In this document: positions 27,708 to 38,493 of the stretch, piece by piece
Layout of the letters: every line of letters begins with the position of its first letter
Numbering within the stretch: the first letter of the stretch is position 1
Assembly (NCBI GenBank): GCA_016787045.1
Contig: JAEUVA010000010.1
Span: 100,531-164,530 of the forward strand
Length of the DNA stretch: 64,000 bases
DNA from: Chitinophagales bacterium
GTDB lineage: Bacteria > Bacteroidota > Bacteroidia > Chitinophagales > LD1
Direction of reading: 5' to 3'
The notes under the pieces: model-generated
Told to the model about the DNA's origin: nothing
Database searches by the model: none
Seen by the model: the letters and a program-made list of their open reading frames with translations, nothing else
Position numbers and translations under genes: made by a program

Positions 27708-29273
27708 CTACTTACCTTTTTTTAGCTGCTTCTCTAAATTAATCAGATGTAATGTCAACTCCTCAATTTTAGCTAAGAGCATAGCGTTCATTTTAGCTAA
27801 ATCTATTCCTTGCTCTGTTACTTCTTGAGCGCTGGGTATTCCGGGCAGATGTTTGTTCTTTTTTACAAACTTTTCTACATCGCTCAATGGCATTAGCTTG
27901 TAATCTTTATCAAATACATAATCACTCCAATCTCCCGTAGTTTTTATAGCACACTTAAACCGCTCTGCCAGTATTCCTTTTTCTACATATAGCGAGTAGC
28001 AAGAGTTAGTGGTACAGGGTGTTGATACATTGCCTATCTGTACAGTTCCTGTAATTTCGGCATTCCCTGCAACCTTTAGTTTATCGTTCGCATTACCGTT
28101 GTGTCCTACATCTACCAACAGGTTCCCTTCCTCTTCGGTAATGATGTGCCTCGCATTCCCTGTATTGCCAACCCAACGTAGTTGAGCGTTCCAGTCAGGA
28201 GTTGCCTTGTTTTCAACTAAGTCCACATACACATCATCAGTACCATTTCTCCGCACTCCTAAACTGCCACTCACCACTAATTTATCATTCCCCCCTCCAT
28301 TGGCCACCCCCGGGTCTATTACAAAATCGCCATTGATTTCGGTAATGAGGTGGCGGGGTTGGCCGGTATTGGCCGGGTTCATAAACCGGATGGCACTGGT
28401 ACCGGTGGTGGGGCGGGTAATATCTAATGTAGTAGAGCCATCGGTATCATACAAAACCACGGTAGAGTTGGTGTTTGGGGCAATACCTATTCCAATGTTT
28501 CCATTGCTGCTAATGCGAAAATATGGGTTATCAGACGGGGTCATGGTTGGTGTTTGAGTTGGCGCAGGTTGGTCTATGTTCATCAACACCGAAAAATTTT
28601 GCGGCAATGCCCGCATGTCAAATTGTGCAAAGGTTTGCATGTCTATATCCATTGGGTAGCCGGTGGCAATGGCTCCATTGCCAAATATGCCAAAGTTAAT
28701 GCGCTCATCGGTACTGTTCACCACACCAAAGGCCGGTACAGATTTGGGGATGGTGGAATTGTTGGTGTTATCAAGAATATCATTGCGGCTGTTAATCAAC
28801 ATACATCCCCCGGGTTCGTTAGCATCTCCCACATTAGTAAATATCATTAGTATTCGCTCATCTTGGTCTTCTACACCATACACCAGATTCCCCAAAATGT
28901 CGCCACTATACAAGTCGTTATTGTACCCCTTGGTAGAAATGTGCAGGTCAATAGCCGGAGATATACCTATGCCCACTTGCCCTTTATGGTTAACTATAAA
29001 ATCGGAAACAGTGGTAGGCCCGGCTTCGGTGTGTGCTGCCTCAATGTAGTTTCCCGGAGTTTGGCAATCAAAATCCTGTTTAAGCAATAGGTTAGGTCCA
29101 CTACAGCCACCAAGCACATGCAACTTGCCCGATGGATATATAGTGCCAATGCCCACATTCGTACCATCGTCAAAAGCACTGCTGCCGGTTTGCCCGGTTT
29201 GGTAAAAGCCCTGTGTGTAAGCGGTGCTCATACATAGTGTTGCGAGCAGAAAGGTAAGTAATTTTTGTTTCAT
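27708..29273 (-). CDS. secreted tail-fibre-like protein with a conserved helical C-terminal domain
   Basis: Signal peptide MKQKLLTFLLATLCMSTAYTQ (start moved to ATG 29273). Repeated GIG motifs (NVGIGTIYPSGKLHV, QVGIGISPAIDLHI, NIGIGIAPNTNSTV). C-terminus DWSDYVFDKDYKLMPLSDVEKFVKKNKHLPGIPSAQEV...LLAKIEELTLHLINLEKQLKK. Confidence 0.65.
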   Translation of the reverse strand: MKQKLLTFLLATLCMSTAYTQGFYQTGQTGSSAFDDGTNVGIGTIYPSGKLHVLGGCSGPNLLLKQDFDCQTPGNYIEAAHTEAGPTTVSDFIVNHKGQVGIGISPAIDLHISTKGYNNDLYSGDILGNLVYGVEDQDERILMIFTNVGDANEPGGCMLINSRNDILDNTNNSTIPKSVPAFGVVNSTDERINFGIFGNGAIATGYPMDIDMQTFAQFDMRALPQNFSVLMNIDQPAPTQTPTMTPSDNPYFRISSNGNIGIGIAPNTNSTVVLYDTDGSTTLDITRPTTGTSAIRFMNPANTGQPRHLITEINGDFVIDPGVANGGGNDKLVVSGSLGVRRNGTDDVYVDLVENKATPDWNAQLRWVGNTGNARHIITEEEGNLLVDVGHNGNANDKLKVAGNAEITGTVQIGNVSTPCTTNSCYSLYVEKGILAERFKCAIKTTGDWSDYVFDKDYKLMPLSDVEKFVKKNKHLPGIPSAQEVTEQGIDLAKMNAMLLAKIEELTLHLINLEKQLKKGK

Positions 29274-29376
29274 AAGTAGAGGATATTTAAGGTGAGGAAA
29301 AAACAAGCTACTACCCACCGCACAGCATTGGTGATAAGTACCCATAAAAACAACCGGTAAATTACAGAGAAACTGC

Positions 29377-29390
29377 GGGGGGGGGGGGGG
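29377..29390. repeat. G14 homopolymer (C14 on the operon strand) ~100 nt upstream of the surface-protein operon start
   Basis: Fourteen consecutive G in an otherwise mixed, AT-leaning intergenic region. Candidate slipped-strand phase-variation tract. Confidence 0.9.
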
Positions 29391-29646
29391 CAGAGTTTAC
29401 ACCACCGAAATTTGCCAAACAAGTAAGGGGAGTAAAAAGCAGCATGGTGGTGTGTTTGTAGCTGCAAAGCAAAGCAGGTATTTTGTATATGTCAACAAAA
29501 ACGCATGGTTTTATTTCTGCACTTGTAGTGCAAAATTAAATTTGGATGGTATGTGTTTTTTGTTTTATTAGTGTGCGAGCAAACATGTAAGTAGCTCTGA
29601 GCTAACCTGATGTTGAATTGCGTCAAATAAACTCTTACTATCGGGA

Positions 29647-29693
29647 GCATGTTGGCGCAGTTTGTGTACATGGCCAAGCGGTTAAAGTTTTAA
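29647..29693 (+). pseudogene. remnant of a MATE transporter 3' end
   Basis: It translates as SMLAQFVYMAKRLKF*, compared with GMWARFGYMAKRLRF* at the end of the intact MATE gene. 39/47 nt are identical. An in-frame TAA lies 7 codons upstream, so no gene body remains. Confidence 0.7.
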
Positions 29694-29728
29694 TTACTCT
29701 TGCTTAATGCCATTGGCAAAAAAAATGG

Positions 29729-30541
29729 TTACTCCTGCTTGATGCCGTTAGCAAAAACGAGTATTTTCTCTTCGCCTTCTTTGCTGATAAAGGTGCCTTT
29801 GCCATTGCGTTTGTTATCGGTCCAGGTGCCGGTAAACATTTCTCCATCGGCCCAGGTAAAAATGCCTGTGCCATGCATTTTTCCGTCTTTAAACTCGCCT
29901 TCGTATTTATCGCCATTGGCAAATAAAAATATGCCTTTACCGGTGCGGTTGTTGGCTTTGAATTCGCCCATGTAGGTATCGCCATTGGCAAAAGTCATTT
30001 TGCCGAAACCCTCTTTTTGGTCTTTTAGAAAATAACCCTCGTAAACATTTCCATTCCGATAAAAATATTTGCCTTTACCGGTTTTCATGGCCTGCACAAA
30101 TGCACCTTCATATTTTTCGCCATTGGCATAAACCATGGTGCCGGTGCCGCTAATTATTCCATTGGTAAAATCTCCGGTGTATTTGTTGCCGTTGGCGTAG
30201 GTGTAAGTACCCCATCCGCTCATGACATCGGCATTAAACTGGCCTACATAGTTATCGCCATTCGGAAAGTCATAATTGCCACGGCCATGGCGTTTATCAT
30301 TTACCCAATCGCCAAAATAGCTGGAGCCATCTTTAAAAATGGCGCGGCCAACTCCGTGGCGCATATCGTTTTGCCATAGGCCGTCATACAAAGAGCCATC
30401 ATAATATATAGCGCGGCCTTTGCCGTGTTTTTTACCGTCTTTGTAGTCGCCTTCGTATTTGCCGTTAATGTATAGCTGCTCCTGCGCGGTGGCAGAGCTT
30501 ACGGTGAGTATTAGAGCAATCAGGGGTAGCCAGTTTTTCAC
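29729..30541 (-). CDS. secreted MORN-repeat protein
   Basis: Signal peptide MKNWLPLIALILTVSSATAQ. About 10 repeats of the Y.G.[WF]..[DG]K.HG.G type. GTG start. Confidence 0.8.
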   Translation of the reverse strand: MKNWLPLIALILTVSSATAQEQLYINGKYEGDYKDGKKHGKGRAIYYDGSLYDGLWQNDMRHGVGRAIFKDGSSYFGDWVNDKRHGRGNYDFPNGDNYVGQFNADVMSGWGTYTYANGNKYTGDFTNGIISGTGTMVYANGEKYEGAFVQAMKTGKGKYFYRNGNVYEGYFLKDQKEGFGKMTFANGDTYMGEFKANNRTGKGIFLFANGDKYEGEFKDGKMHGTGIFTWADGEMFTGTWTDNKRNGKGTFISKEGEEKILVFANGIKQE

Positions 30542-30705
30542 AATTGCAGGTTTTTTGTACTGCTGTGATACGGCATTGTGGGTGCCAAGGTTACATTAAG
30601 ACCTTATGTGATAGGGGTATTTAAGCATGAGGGCAAGGTTCTTTTTTTGACTTTGCCAGGTGTTTCGGGGCGATTAATGTCTGAAACAGGGGCTATTTCA
30701 GCCAA

Positions 30706-30915
30706 TCAGTTTTTTAGCATACTGCGCACAGCGCTATACAGGCCGGCTACTAAAAACACTATGGCCAATAGCATGGTCAGGTATGGTTTGGTATTGCCCA
30801 TCCACGCATCTAATTTATAGCCAATAAAAAAGCCCAACAGGGCAGCGGCTATAATCTGAAAGCCAATGCCCGAAAATTTTAGCGCGTTGGAATATTTTTT
30901 TTGAGGTTTTTCCAT
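30706..30915 (-). CDS. small two-helix membrane protein, AtpZ/AtpI-like
   Basis: 69 aa. KFSGIGFQIIAAALLGFFIGYKLDAWMG...LLAIVFLVAGLYSAV resembles the ATPase_gene1 family as I recall it. Confidence 0.5.
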   Translation of the reverse strand: MEKPQKKYSNALKFSGIGFQIIAAALLGFFIGYKLDAWMGNTKPYLTMLLAIVFLVAGLYSAVRSMLKN

Positions 30916-30938
30916 CGCCTAGGATTTGTGTGATGAAA

Positions 30939-31349
30939 CTACGCAGTAGCTACCTTATCGGCAGAAACTCGTTTGTCGGTAGCATTGGTGTGCGATACGC
31001 TCATGCCCATTACGCACTTGCCGGTAAACTTGGCACCCTCTTGCACAACTAGTTTTTTGATTTTTATATCGCCCACTATATTGGCAGTGGCGCTGAGTAT
31101 AAGCAGTTCGCTCACTTCAATGTTGCCTTCTACACGGCCATCAATGTAGGCGTTTTGGCAAAGTACATCTCCGGTTATTAAACCACTGGCGCCTACCACT
31201 ACTTTTGCTTTAGAGGTTACGTTGCCGTTTACTTTTCCATCTACACGAATATCGCCTTCTGTGCTTACATCACCGGTTATGGTGGTGCCTTGCCCAAACT
31301 GGTTCATCAGGTTGGGGCCGGCAGGTCTTTCTTCTTTTTTGCCGAACAT
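30939..31349 (-). CDS. bactofilin (polymer-forming cytoskeletal protein)
   Basis: Beta-helical repeats: TTITGDVSTEGDIRVDGKVNGNVTSKAKVVVGASGLITGDVLCQNAYIDGRVEGNIEVSELLILSATANIVGDIKIKKLVVQEGAKFTGKC. Confidence 0.85.
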   Translation of the reverse strand: MFGKKEERPAGPNLMNQFGQGTTITGDVSTEGDIRVDGKVNGNVTSKAKVVVGASGLITGDVLCQNAYIDGRVEGNIEVSELLILSATANIVGDIKIKKLVVQEGAKFTGKCVMGMSVSHTNATDKRVSADKVATA

Positions 31350-31374
31350 AGTTTTTGTTTATTGGGGTGAAGGG

Positions 31375-32262
31375 CTAAAATAAAATATAATCGCGGGGGT
31401 TCAAAGCCCGGCCTTCGTGCCAGAGCTCAAAATGTACATGTGGCCCGGTGCTGGTTTCTCCGGTATTGCCGGTAAAACCAATTACTTCTCCGGCTTTTAC
31501 CTCATCGCCCGGTTTTTTGAGCAACTTAGAATTGTGCTTGTACACCGATAGTAAATTGTTTTTGTGCTGAAGTGTAATTACGTAACCATCGTTTACCGAA
31601 AAAGTGGCGCTCACTACTTTGCCATCAAAAGTGGCCATAAGCGGCTCACCGGCTTTTACGGCTATATCTACCCCAAAATGTTCTTTAGATGAGCCAAACT
31701 CATCGGTAATGTACCCTTGTACAGGCGCTATCAGGTGCAGTTGTTTTACTTCATCAACCGCCTGGCTGCCTTGCTGCGCACCTACACTCAGCGAAAAGTT
31801 TTCTTCCTCTTCCATTTCCTTGCGCAGGTCTTTATCGGCTGCATTGGTTTGGGTGATGTCTATTTTTGATTTGTCTATATCGCTATTTCCGGTGTTGGGT
31901 TTTGGGCGGCTGGTGTCTATTGAATCTTCGGCTAAGCGTATTAGGTTTTCTAACCAAACTTCTCGGGCATCTAACTTTTCTTTCAGCGAATCGGCCTGAG
32001 ATTGCAGGCGGATAATTTCGCCCTTGTAGTTATAGTCGCCAAAGCCGGGAATAAAATATTTGAGCGGAGTATAGATAATAGCTACTGCTGTAAGAAAGAT
32101 AAGTGTAAAGGCGGTAATACCACCAAACAACAACACATTTGTACGGGTGAGCACCAACGAAAATTTTTCCTCAAATGTTTCATCGTTGAGGAGCACAAAC
32201 CTGTATTTGTTTTTTAGGTTTTTATTCTCGGTTGCTTTTATCCTTTTAGCCACAGCGGTCAA
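31375..32262 (-). CDS. M23 family metallopeptidase (peptidoglycan DD-endopeptidase-like) with an N-terminal TM anchor
   Basis: HFGVDIA...GNTGETSTGPHVHFELW is a LytM-type H.D / H.H motif set. Has a TM helix and a coiled coil. TTG start is uncertain. Confidence 0.8.
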   Translation of the reverse strand: MTAVAKRIKATENKNLKNKYRFVLLNDETFEEKFSLVLTRTNVLLFGGITAFTLIFLTAVAIIYTPLKYFIPGFGDYNYKGEIIRLQSQADSLKEKLDAREVWLENLIRLAEDSIDTSRPKPNTGNSDIDKSKIDITQTNAADKDLRKEMEEEENFSLSVGAQQGSQAVDEVKQLHLIAPVQGYITDEFGSSKEHFGVDIAVKAGEPLMATFDGKVVSATFSVNDGYVITLQHKNNLLSVYKHNSKLLKKPGDEVKAGEVIGFTGNTGETSTGPHVHFELWHEGRALNPRDYILF

Positions 32263-32700
32263 TAATGGGCGGCTAATATAGCCAATGAGTTAAGCCCTGC
32301 TATGCCCTTTTATTTGGCTATACTAGTAGAGGATAAAGATTTGCAATTGTTGCCCGCAAAACAGATAATTGCTTTTGGCAGTTGTTACGATGGTGCATCG
32401 TATAATTATTACATGTGTCACCCACATGGCTTTCAAGTTTCCAAAATGCCGCCCAATTTTTCGGACAAAATTTTTACCTGAAAAAATGTATTTGGAAGCA
32501 AATTTTTTATTGAAAATGTTTTTCCACATAGGGAAAACGCGCCACCACTGCGTTTCTTGTGGCTAATTCACGTTTGCACATTTCGTGTTAATAAATGACA
32601 TGGAATAGTGATTTTCTGAAAAATAAATTCGTTCAAGTTTTCGGAAAAACATCCAACCAACTACCTGAATATTATTTAAAATTTTTACAACCTTAACCCT

Positions 32701-35700
32701 ATGGCAAAGAAAAACGAGAAGAAAGGTCTCAAGGTAAATCGCCTCTATACCCAAGAAGGCGTGAGTGTATTTGACCAATTTGAATACGACCTGCGCAGCA
32801 GCGTCATCCGCAACCCGGCCGGAGATGCCGTATTTGAAATGCACAACGTAGAAGTGCCCAAAGGATGGAGCCAGGTAGCTACCGATATTTTGGCGCAAAA
32901 GTATTTCCGCAAAGCCGGAGTACCCCAACCCGATGGCACATTGGGTGGCGAGCGCTCCATTAAACAAGTGGCTCACCGTTTGGCCGATTGCTGGCGCGTG
33001 TGGGGCGATAAGTATGGATACTTTGCCTCTAAAAATGACGCTCAGGTGTTTTACGATGAGTTGGTTTACTCCTTGTTAGACCAAATGGCTGCGCCCAATT
33101 CTCCTCAGTGGTTCAATACCGGGTTGCATACTGCCTATGGCATTACCGGTAAACCGCAAGGGCATTACTTTGTAGATCCCATTACCGGAGAACTACAGAA
33201 ATCTACCTCAGCTTATGAGCGCCCACAACCGCATGCCTGCTTTATCTTATCTGTAGATGACGATTTGGTAAACGATGGCGGTATTATGGATTTGTGGACC
33301 CGCGAGGCACGTATCTTCAAGTATGGCTCAGGCGTGGGCACCAACTTTAGCAACGTACGTGGCGAAGGCGAAAAGCTTTCGGGCGGAGGCACTTCATCGG
33401 GCTTAATGAGCTTTTTGAAAATTGGCGATGCAGCCGCTGGAGCCATTAAGAGCGGAGGCACTACCCGCAGAGCGGCCAAAATGGTTTGCTTAGACCTAGA
33501 CCACCCCGAAATTTTGGACTTCATTGAGTGGAAAATGAAGGAAGAAGACAAAGTAGCTGCGCTGATTGCTGCCGGTTATGATAACCACTACGAAGGTGAG
33601 GCCTACCGCACCGTGAGCGGACAAAACAGCAACAACAGTGTGCGTGTGCCCAACACTTTTTTCCATGCTTTAGAAAAAAACGAGAACTGGAACCTTATTG
33701 CCCGTAGCGATCGCAACAAGGTAATGAAGAGCGTCAACGCCCGCGAACTTTGGGATAAAATAGCTATGGCAGCATGGCGCTGTGCCGACCCCGGTGTGCA
33801 GTTTGATACCACCATCAACGAGTGGCACACCTGCCCGGCCGATGGCCCAATTCGCGCCAGCAACCCTTGCAGCGAATACATGTTTTTGGATAACACCGCC
33901 TGCAACTTGGCTTCGTTTAACCTCCGCAAGTTTTTTAACGAAAACACACTAGAATTTAATGTAGAAGGTTTTGAGCACATGAGCCGCATTTGGACGGTGG
34001 TGCTGGAAATTTCTGTGCTTATGGCACAGTTCCCATCTAAAGAAGTGGCTCAACTATCGTACGATTTCCGCACACTTGGCCTTGGCTACGCCAACCTTGG
34101 CTCGGTGCTGATGGTGAGTGGCATCCCTTACGATAGCGACAAAGCCCGCGCCATTGGCGGAGCCATCACCGCTATCATGACCGGCATTTCTTACAAAACA
34201 TCGGCAGAGATGGCATCGGTATTGGGCACATTCCCCGGCTACGAAAAAAACAAGCAACACATGTTGCGCGTTATCCGCAACCATCGCCTGGCGGCCTACA
34301 ATGCCGAGCCAACAGCTTATGAAGGATTAGAAGTAAAACCCGTAGGTATAGACCCTAAATATTGCCCTGATTATTTGTTGAAAGCCGCTACCACAGCATG
34401 GGACGAAGCCCTTCAACTGGGTGAGCAGTACGGTTATCGCAATGCACAAACTACAGTAATTGCTCCTACCGGCACCATCGGCTTATTAATGGATTGCGAT
34501 ACCACCGGTGTGGAGCCCGACTTTGCTTTGGTGAAATTTAAAAAGCTATCCGGTGGCGGATATTTCAAAATTGTCAACGAATCGGTACCATACGCCCTGC
34601 GCAATTTGGGTTATACCGAAAGCGAAGTAGAGGCCATTGTGAAATATGCTAAAGGTAGCGCTACGTTAGAAGGTTGCCCGCATATCAATGCCGATTCGCT
34701 TCGCGCAAAAGGGTTCAATAATGCCGATGTAGAAAAAATTGAAGCTGCACTGCCTGCTGCATTTGATATTACGTTTGTATTTAATGCCTGGACACTCGGA
34801 GAAGATACTCTGCAACGGCTTGGATTTAGTGCCGAGCAATACGGAGCCAAAGGATTTAACCTACTCCGCGAGATGGGTTATAGCAAAGAAGAAATAGAAG
34901 CGGCCAACGAATTTGTGTGTGGTACCATGACCGTAGAGGGTGCGCCTTACCTTAAAGATGAGCACCTGCCTGTGTTTGATTGCGCCAACAAGTGTGGCGT
35001 TAAAGGCAAGCGTTTTATACATGCGCATGGTCACATACGGATGATGGCCGGTGTACAACCGTTTATTAGCGGTGCTATTTCTAAAACCATCAACTTACCT
35101 AATGAGGCCACCGTTGAAGAAATACAAAGTTGCTATGCACTATCTTGGCGATTGGGCTTAAAAGCCAATGCCTTGTACCGTGACGGATGCAAACTTTCAC
35201 AACCACTCGCCAACAAAAAAGACGAGGAAAAAGAAACCAAAAAAGAAACCGCGCAAACCGCACCGGGCGAAAATCAGGAACCACAGGATGTATTTAGTAA
35301 GCTAACTCCGGAGCAGGTGTTAGAAGCTGCTCGGGTGCTCATGCAAGAAAGTACAGACACTAATTTCATGCGTGAACTTTCGCGTATTGTAGAGCGTAAA
35401 AAACTGCCCAGCAAACGCAGGGGCTTTACACAAAAAGCAAAGATTGGCGGGCAAACCGTGTTTGTGCGCACCGGTGAATACAACGATGGTACCCTCGGAG
35501 AAATATTTGTGGACATGCACAAAGAAGGCGCTTCGTTCCGCTCGCTCATGAACTGCTTTGCCATTTCGGTATCTATTGGCTTGCAATACGGTGTACCGTT
35601 AGAAGAGTTTGTCAACAAATTCACCTTCACCCGCTTTGAGCCAAGTGGTATGGTAGATCATCCGAACATCAAAAATGCTTCCTCTATTGTAGATTACATT

Positions 35701-36063
35701 TTCCGCTTGCTGGCGTTTGAGTACCTCAACCGCAAAGACTTGGTACACGTTACACCAAGCGAACTAAGCATGCGCGAAAAATCCAGCTTAGATTTAACTA
35801 CCGATATACAAGACGAGCCGATTGAAGACCGCTCTGTACAACAGCAGCACCCCGAAATGCAGCCCGTACAAAAACCGGTAGCTAAAGAGCCAAAAATGAA
35901 GTTGATTGCACAACCTAAACAACAAGGGCTCAGCAACCTTAACGAGCACCTTAAAGATATGGGTGGCGATGCTCCGCCATGCAACGTATGCGGCAACATT
36001 ACCCTGCGCAGCGGTACCTGCTACAAGTGTATGAACTGCGGCAACAGCATGGGTTGCAGCTAA
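32701..36063 (+). CDS. nrdJ: adenosylcobalamin-dependent ribonucleotide reductase, class II
   Basis: 1120 aa. Active-site region [21 protein letters not shown]-terminal Cys-rich tail CNVCGN...[14 protein letters not shown]. Confidence 0.85.
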   Translation: MAKKNEKKGLKVNRLYTQEGVSVFDQFEYDLRSSVIRNPAGDAVFEMHNVEVPKGWSQVATDILAQKYFRKAGVPQPDGTLGGERSIKQVAHRLADCWRVWGDKYGYFASKNDAQVFYDELVYSLLDQMAAPNSPQWFNTGLHTAYGITGKPQGHYFVDPITGELQKSTSAYERPQPHACFILSVDDDLVNDGGIMDLWTREARIFKYGSGVGTNFSNVRGEGEKLSGGGTSSGLMSFLKIGDAAAGAIKSGGTTRRAAKMVCLDLDHPEILDFIEWKMKEEDKVAALIAAGYDNHYEGEAYRTVSGQNSNNSVRVPNTFFHALEKNENWNLIARSDRNKVMKSVNARELWDKIAMAAWRCADPGVQFDTTINEWHTCPADGPIRASNPCSEYMFLDNTACNLASFNLRKFFNENTLEFNVEGFEHMSRIWTVVLEISVLMAQFPSKEVAQLSYDFRTLGLGYANLGSVLMVSGIPYDSDKARAIGGAITAIMTGISYKTSAEMASVLGTFPGYEKNKQHMLRVIRNHRLAAYNAEPTAYEGLEVKPVGIDPKYCPDYLLKAATTAWDEALQLGEQYGYRNAQTTVIAPTGTIGLLMDCDTTGVEPDFALVKFKKLSGGGYFKIVNESVPYALRNLGYTESEVEAIVKYAKGSATLEGCPHINADSLRAKGFNNADVEKIEAALPAAFDITFVFNAWTLGEDTLQRLGFSAEQYGAKGFNLLREMGYSKEEIEAANEFVCGTMTVEGAPYLKDEHLPVFDCANKCGVKGKRFIHAHGHIRMMAGVQPFISGAISKTINLPNEATVEEIQSCYALSWRLGLKANALYRDGCKLSQPLANKKDEEKETKKETAQTAPGENQEPQDVFSKLTPEQVLEAARVLMQESTDTNFMRELSRIVERKKLPSKRRGFTQKAKIGGQTVFVRTGEYNDGTLGEIFVDMHKEGASFRSLMNCFAISVSIGLQYGVPLEEFVNKFTFTRFEPSGMVDHPNIKNASSIVDYIFRLLAFEYLNRKDLVHVTPSELSMREKSSLDLTTDIQDEPIEDRSVQQQHPEMQPVQKPVAKEPKMKLIAQPKQQGLSNLNEHLKDMGGDAPPCNVCGNITLRSGTCYKCMNCGNSMGCS

Positions 36064-36106
36064 TGTTTAATCTAAAGTAGGGTGGGTTCACCCAAGTTCA
36101 CATACA

Positions 36107-36139
36107 CAGGCGGGTGATAACCACCCGCCTGTTTTTTTT
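36107..36139 (+). terminator. rho-independent terminator after nrdJ
   Basis: 10-bp stem CAGGCGGGTG / CACCCGCCTG with loop ATAAC, followed by T8. Confidence 0.8.
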
Positions 36140-36208
36140 CTTGCAACAAACCGATAAAAGCATCCGCATTTGAGCAGGGGTTTTTTGTTTTGCGCTTCAA
36201 ACTAATTC

Positions 36209-36796
36209 ATGAAAAACTTACAGCCCGAGTTGATAGACCTTTTGCAAATGGCCTATAGTGCCGAAAAAGCGGCCGCCTTTGCCTACCAGGGTCACGCAGC
36301 ATCGCTCAAAAATTCAGCAGAGGTACCCGCCATAAAGCAAATAGAGGAAGATGAATGGCAGCACCGCAAAGAAGTAATGACTATTATGCAGCAATACCAT
36401 ATTCCGGTTTCTAAATGGTATGAAGCCAAGTTTCACTTTATAGGAAGATTTATAGGGTTTAGTTGCCATGTGATTGGTTGGTTTATGCCCTTTTATTTTG
36501 CCGGCAGGTTAGAGAGCGGCAATGTGTGCGAGTACTATCGCATGCGCGATTATTTTAATGCTTTGGGCATACATGAGCACGATGAAGTGCTCAACCAAAT
36601 GGGAGTAAAAGAGAAGGAACATGAGATTTACTTTTTAAAAATAGTGCAGCATAGCAAGATCTTACCGTGGTTTGAAAAAGTTTTTTCGTGGGGTTTGCAA
36701 CAAAGCTTCAATACTATCAGCGAAGAGCAGATAAAGCCAAACCAAGACGGCAGTGTGCCGATAATACCATCGGCAGGATGTAAAACGGGTAAATAA
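36209..36796 (+). CDS. ferritin-like di-iron-type domain protein with a central hydrophobic segment
   Basis: Two E..H motifs (EEDEWQH, EKEHEIYF). Hydrophobic stretch FIGRFIGFSCHVIGWFMPFYFAG. Family not pinned down. Confidence 0.5.
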   Translation: MKNLQPELIDLLQMAYSAEKAAAFAYQGHAASLKNSAEVPAIKQIEEDEWQHRKEVMTIMQQYHIPVSKWYEAKFHFIGRFIGFSCHVIGWFMPFYFAGRLESGNVCEYYRMRDYFNALGIHEHDEVLNQMGVKEKEHEIYFLKIVQHSKILPWFEKVFSWGLQQSFNTISEEQIKPNQDGSVPIIPSAGCKTGK

Positions 36797-36819
36797 TGTC
36801 TAACAAATAGGAACTCAAA

Positions 36820-38322
<1,503 letters not shown>

Positions 38323-38440
38323 TCAGGGTTTTGTTTCAGGTACCGAATATATAAACAGTTTTATGCAGGCAACTTTTCTTCGCCCCAAAAATATTCTATA
38401 CCCACCCAGGTGAGTGATTTAGCGTAGTTTATAGAGATGC

Positions 38441-38480
38441 TAATATCGGATAAGATTGTTTAATTATTTTACCGATATTA
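38441..38480. promoter_or_regulatory. 9-bp inverted repeat (TAATATCGG N22 CCGATATTA) just upstream of the fic gene
   Basis: It ends 13 nt before ATG 38494. Possible operator; not otherwise supported. Confidence 0.3.
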
Positions 38481-38493
38481 TTAATTTTGTGGC

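Larger units (their letters stand above)
22187..29646. mobile_element. putative accessory island bounded by duplicated MATE 3'-end sequences
   Basis: nt 22140-22186 and 29647-29693 match at 39/47 positions, and both end in TAA in the same frame. The contents are a hairpin-flanked ATPase gene plus a surface-protein operon. No integrase or transposase is seen. Confidence 0.4.

Noticed and set aside
29270-29467. 65-aa minus-strand ORF containing PPPP, plus the 24-codon N-terminal extension (MGTYHQCC...) of the tail-fibre-like ORF.
   Set aside because: The PPPP stretch is just the C14 tract translated. A proper signal peptide begins at ATG 29273, so the upstream part is treated as non-coding leader.
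32263-32700. Possible NrdR boxes or a cobalamin riboswitch in the nrdJ leader (for example ACACATTTCGTGT and the short stem AAACGC N9 GCGTTT).
   Set aside because: The palindrome spacing does not fit the 16-bp NrdR box, no tandem pair is present, and I recognise no B12-box-like core. A covariance-model scan is needed.
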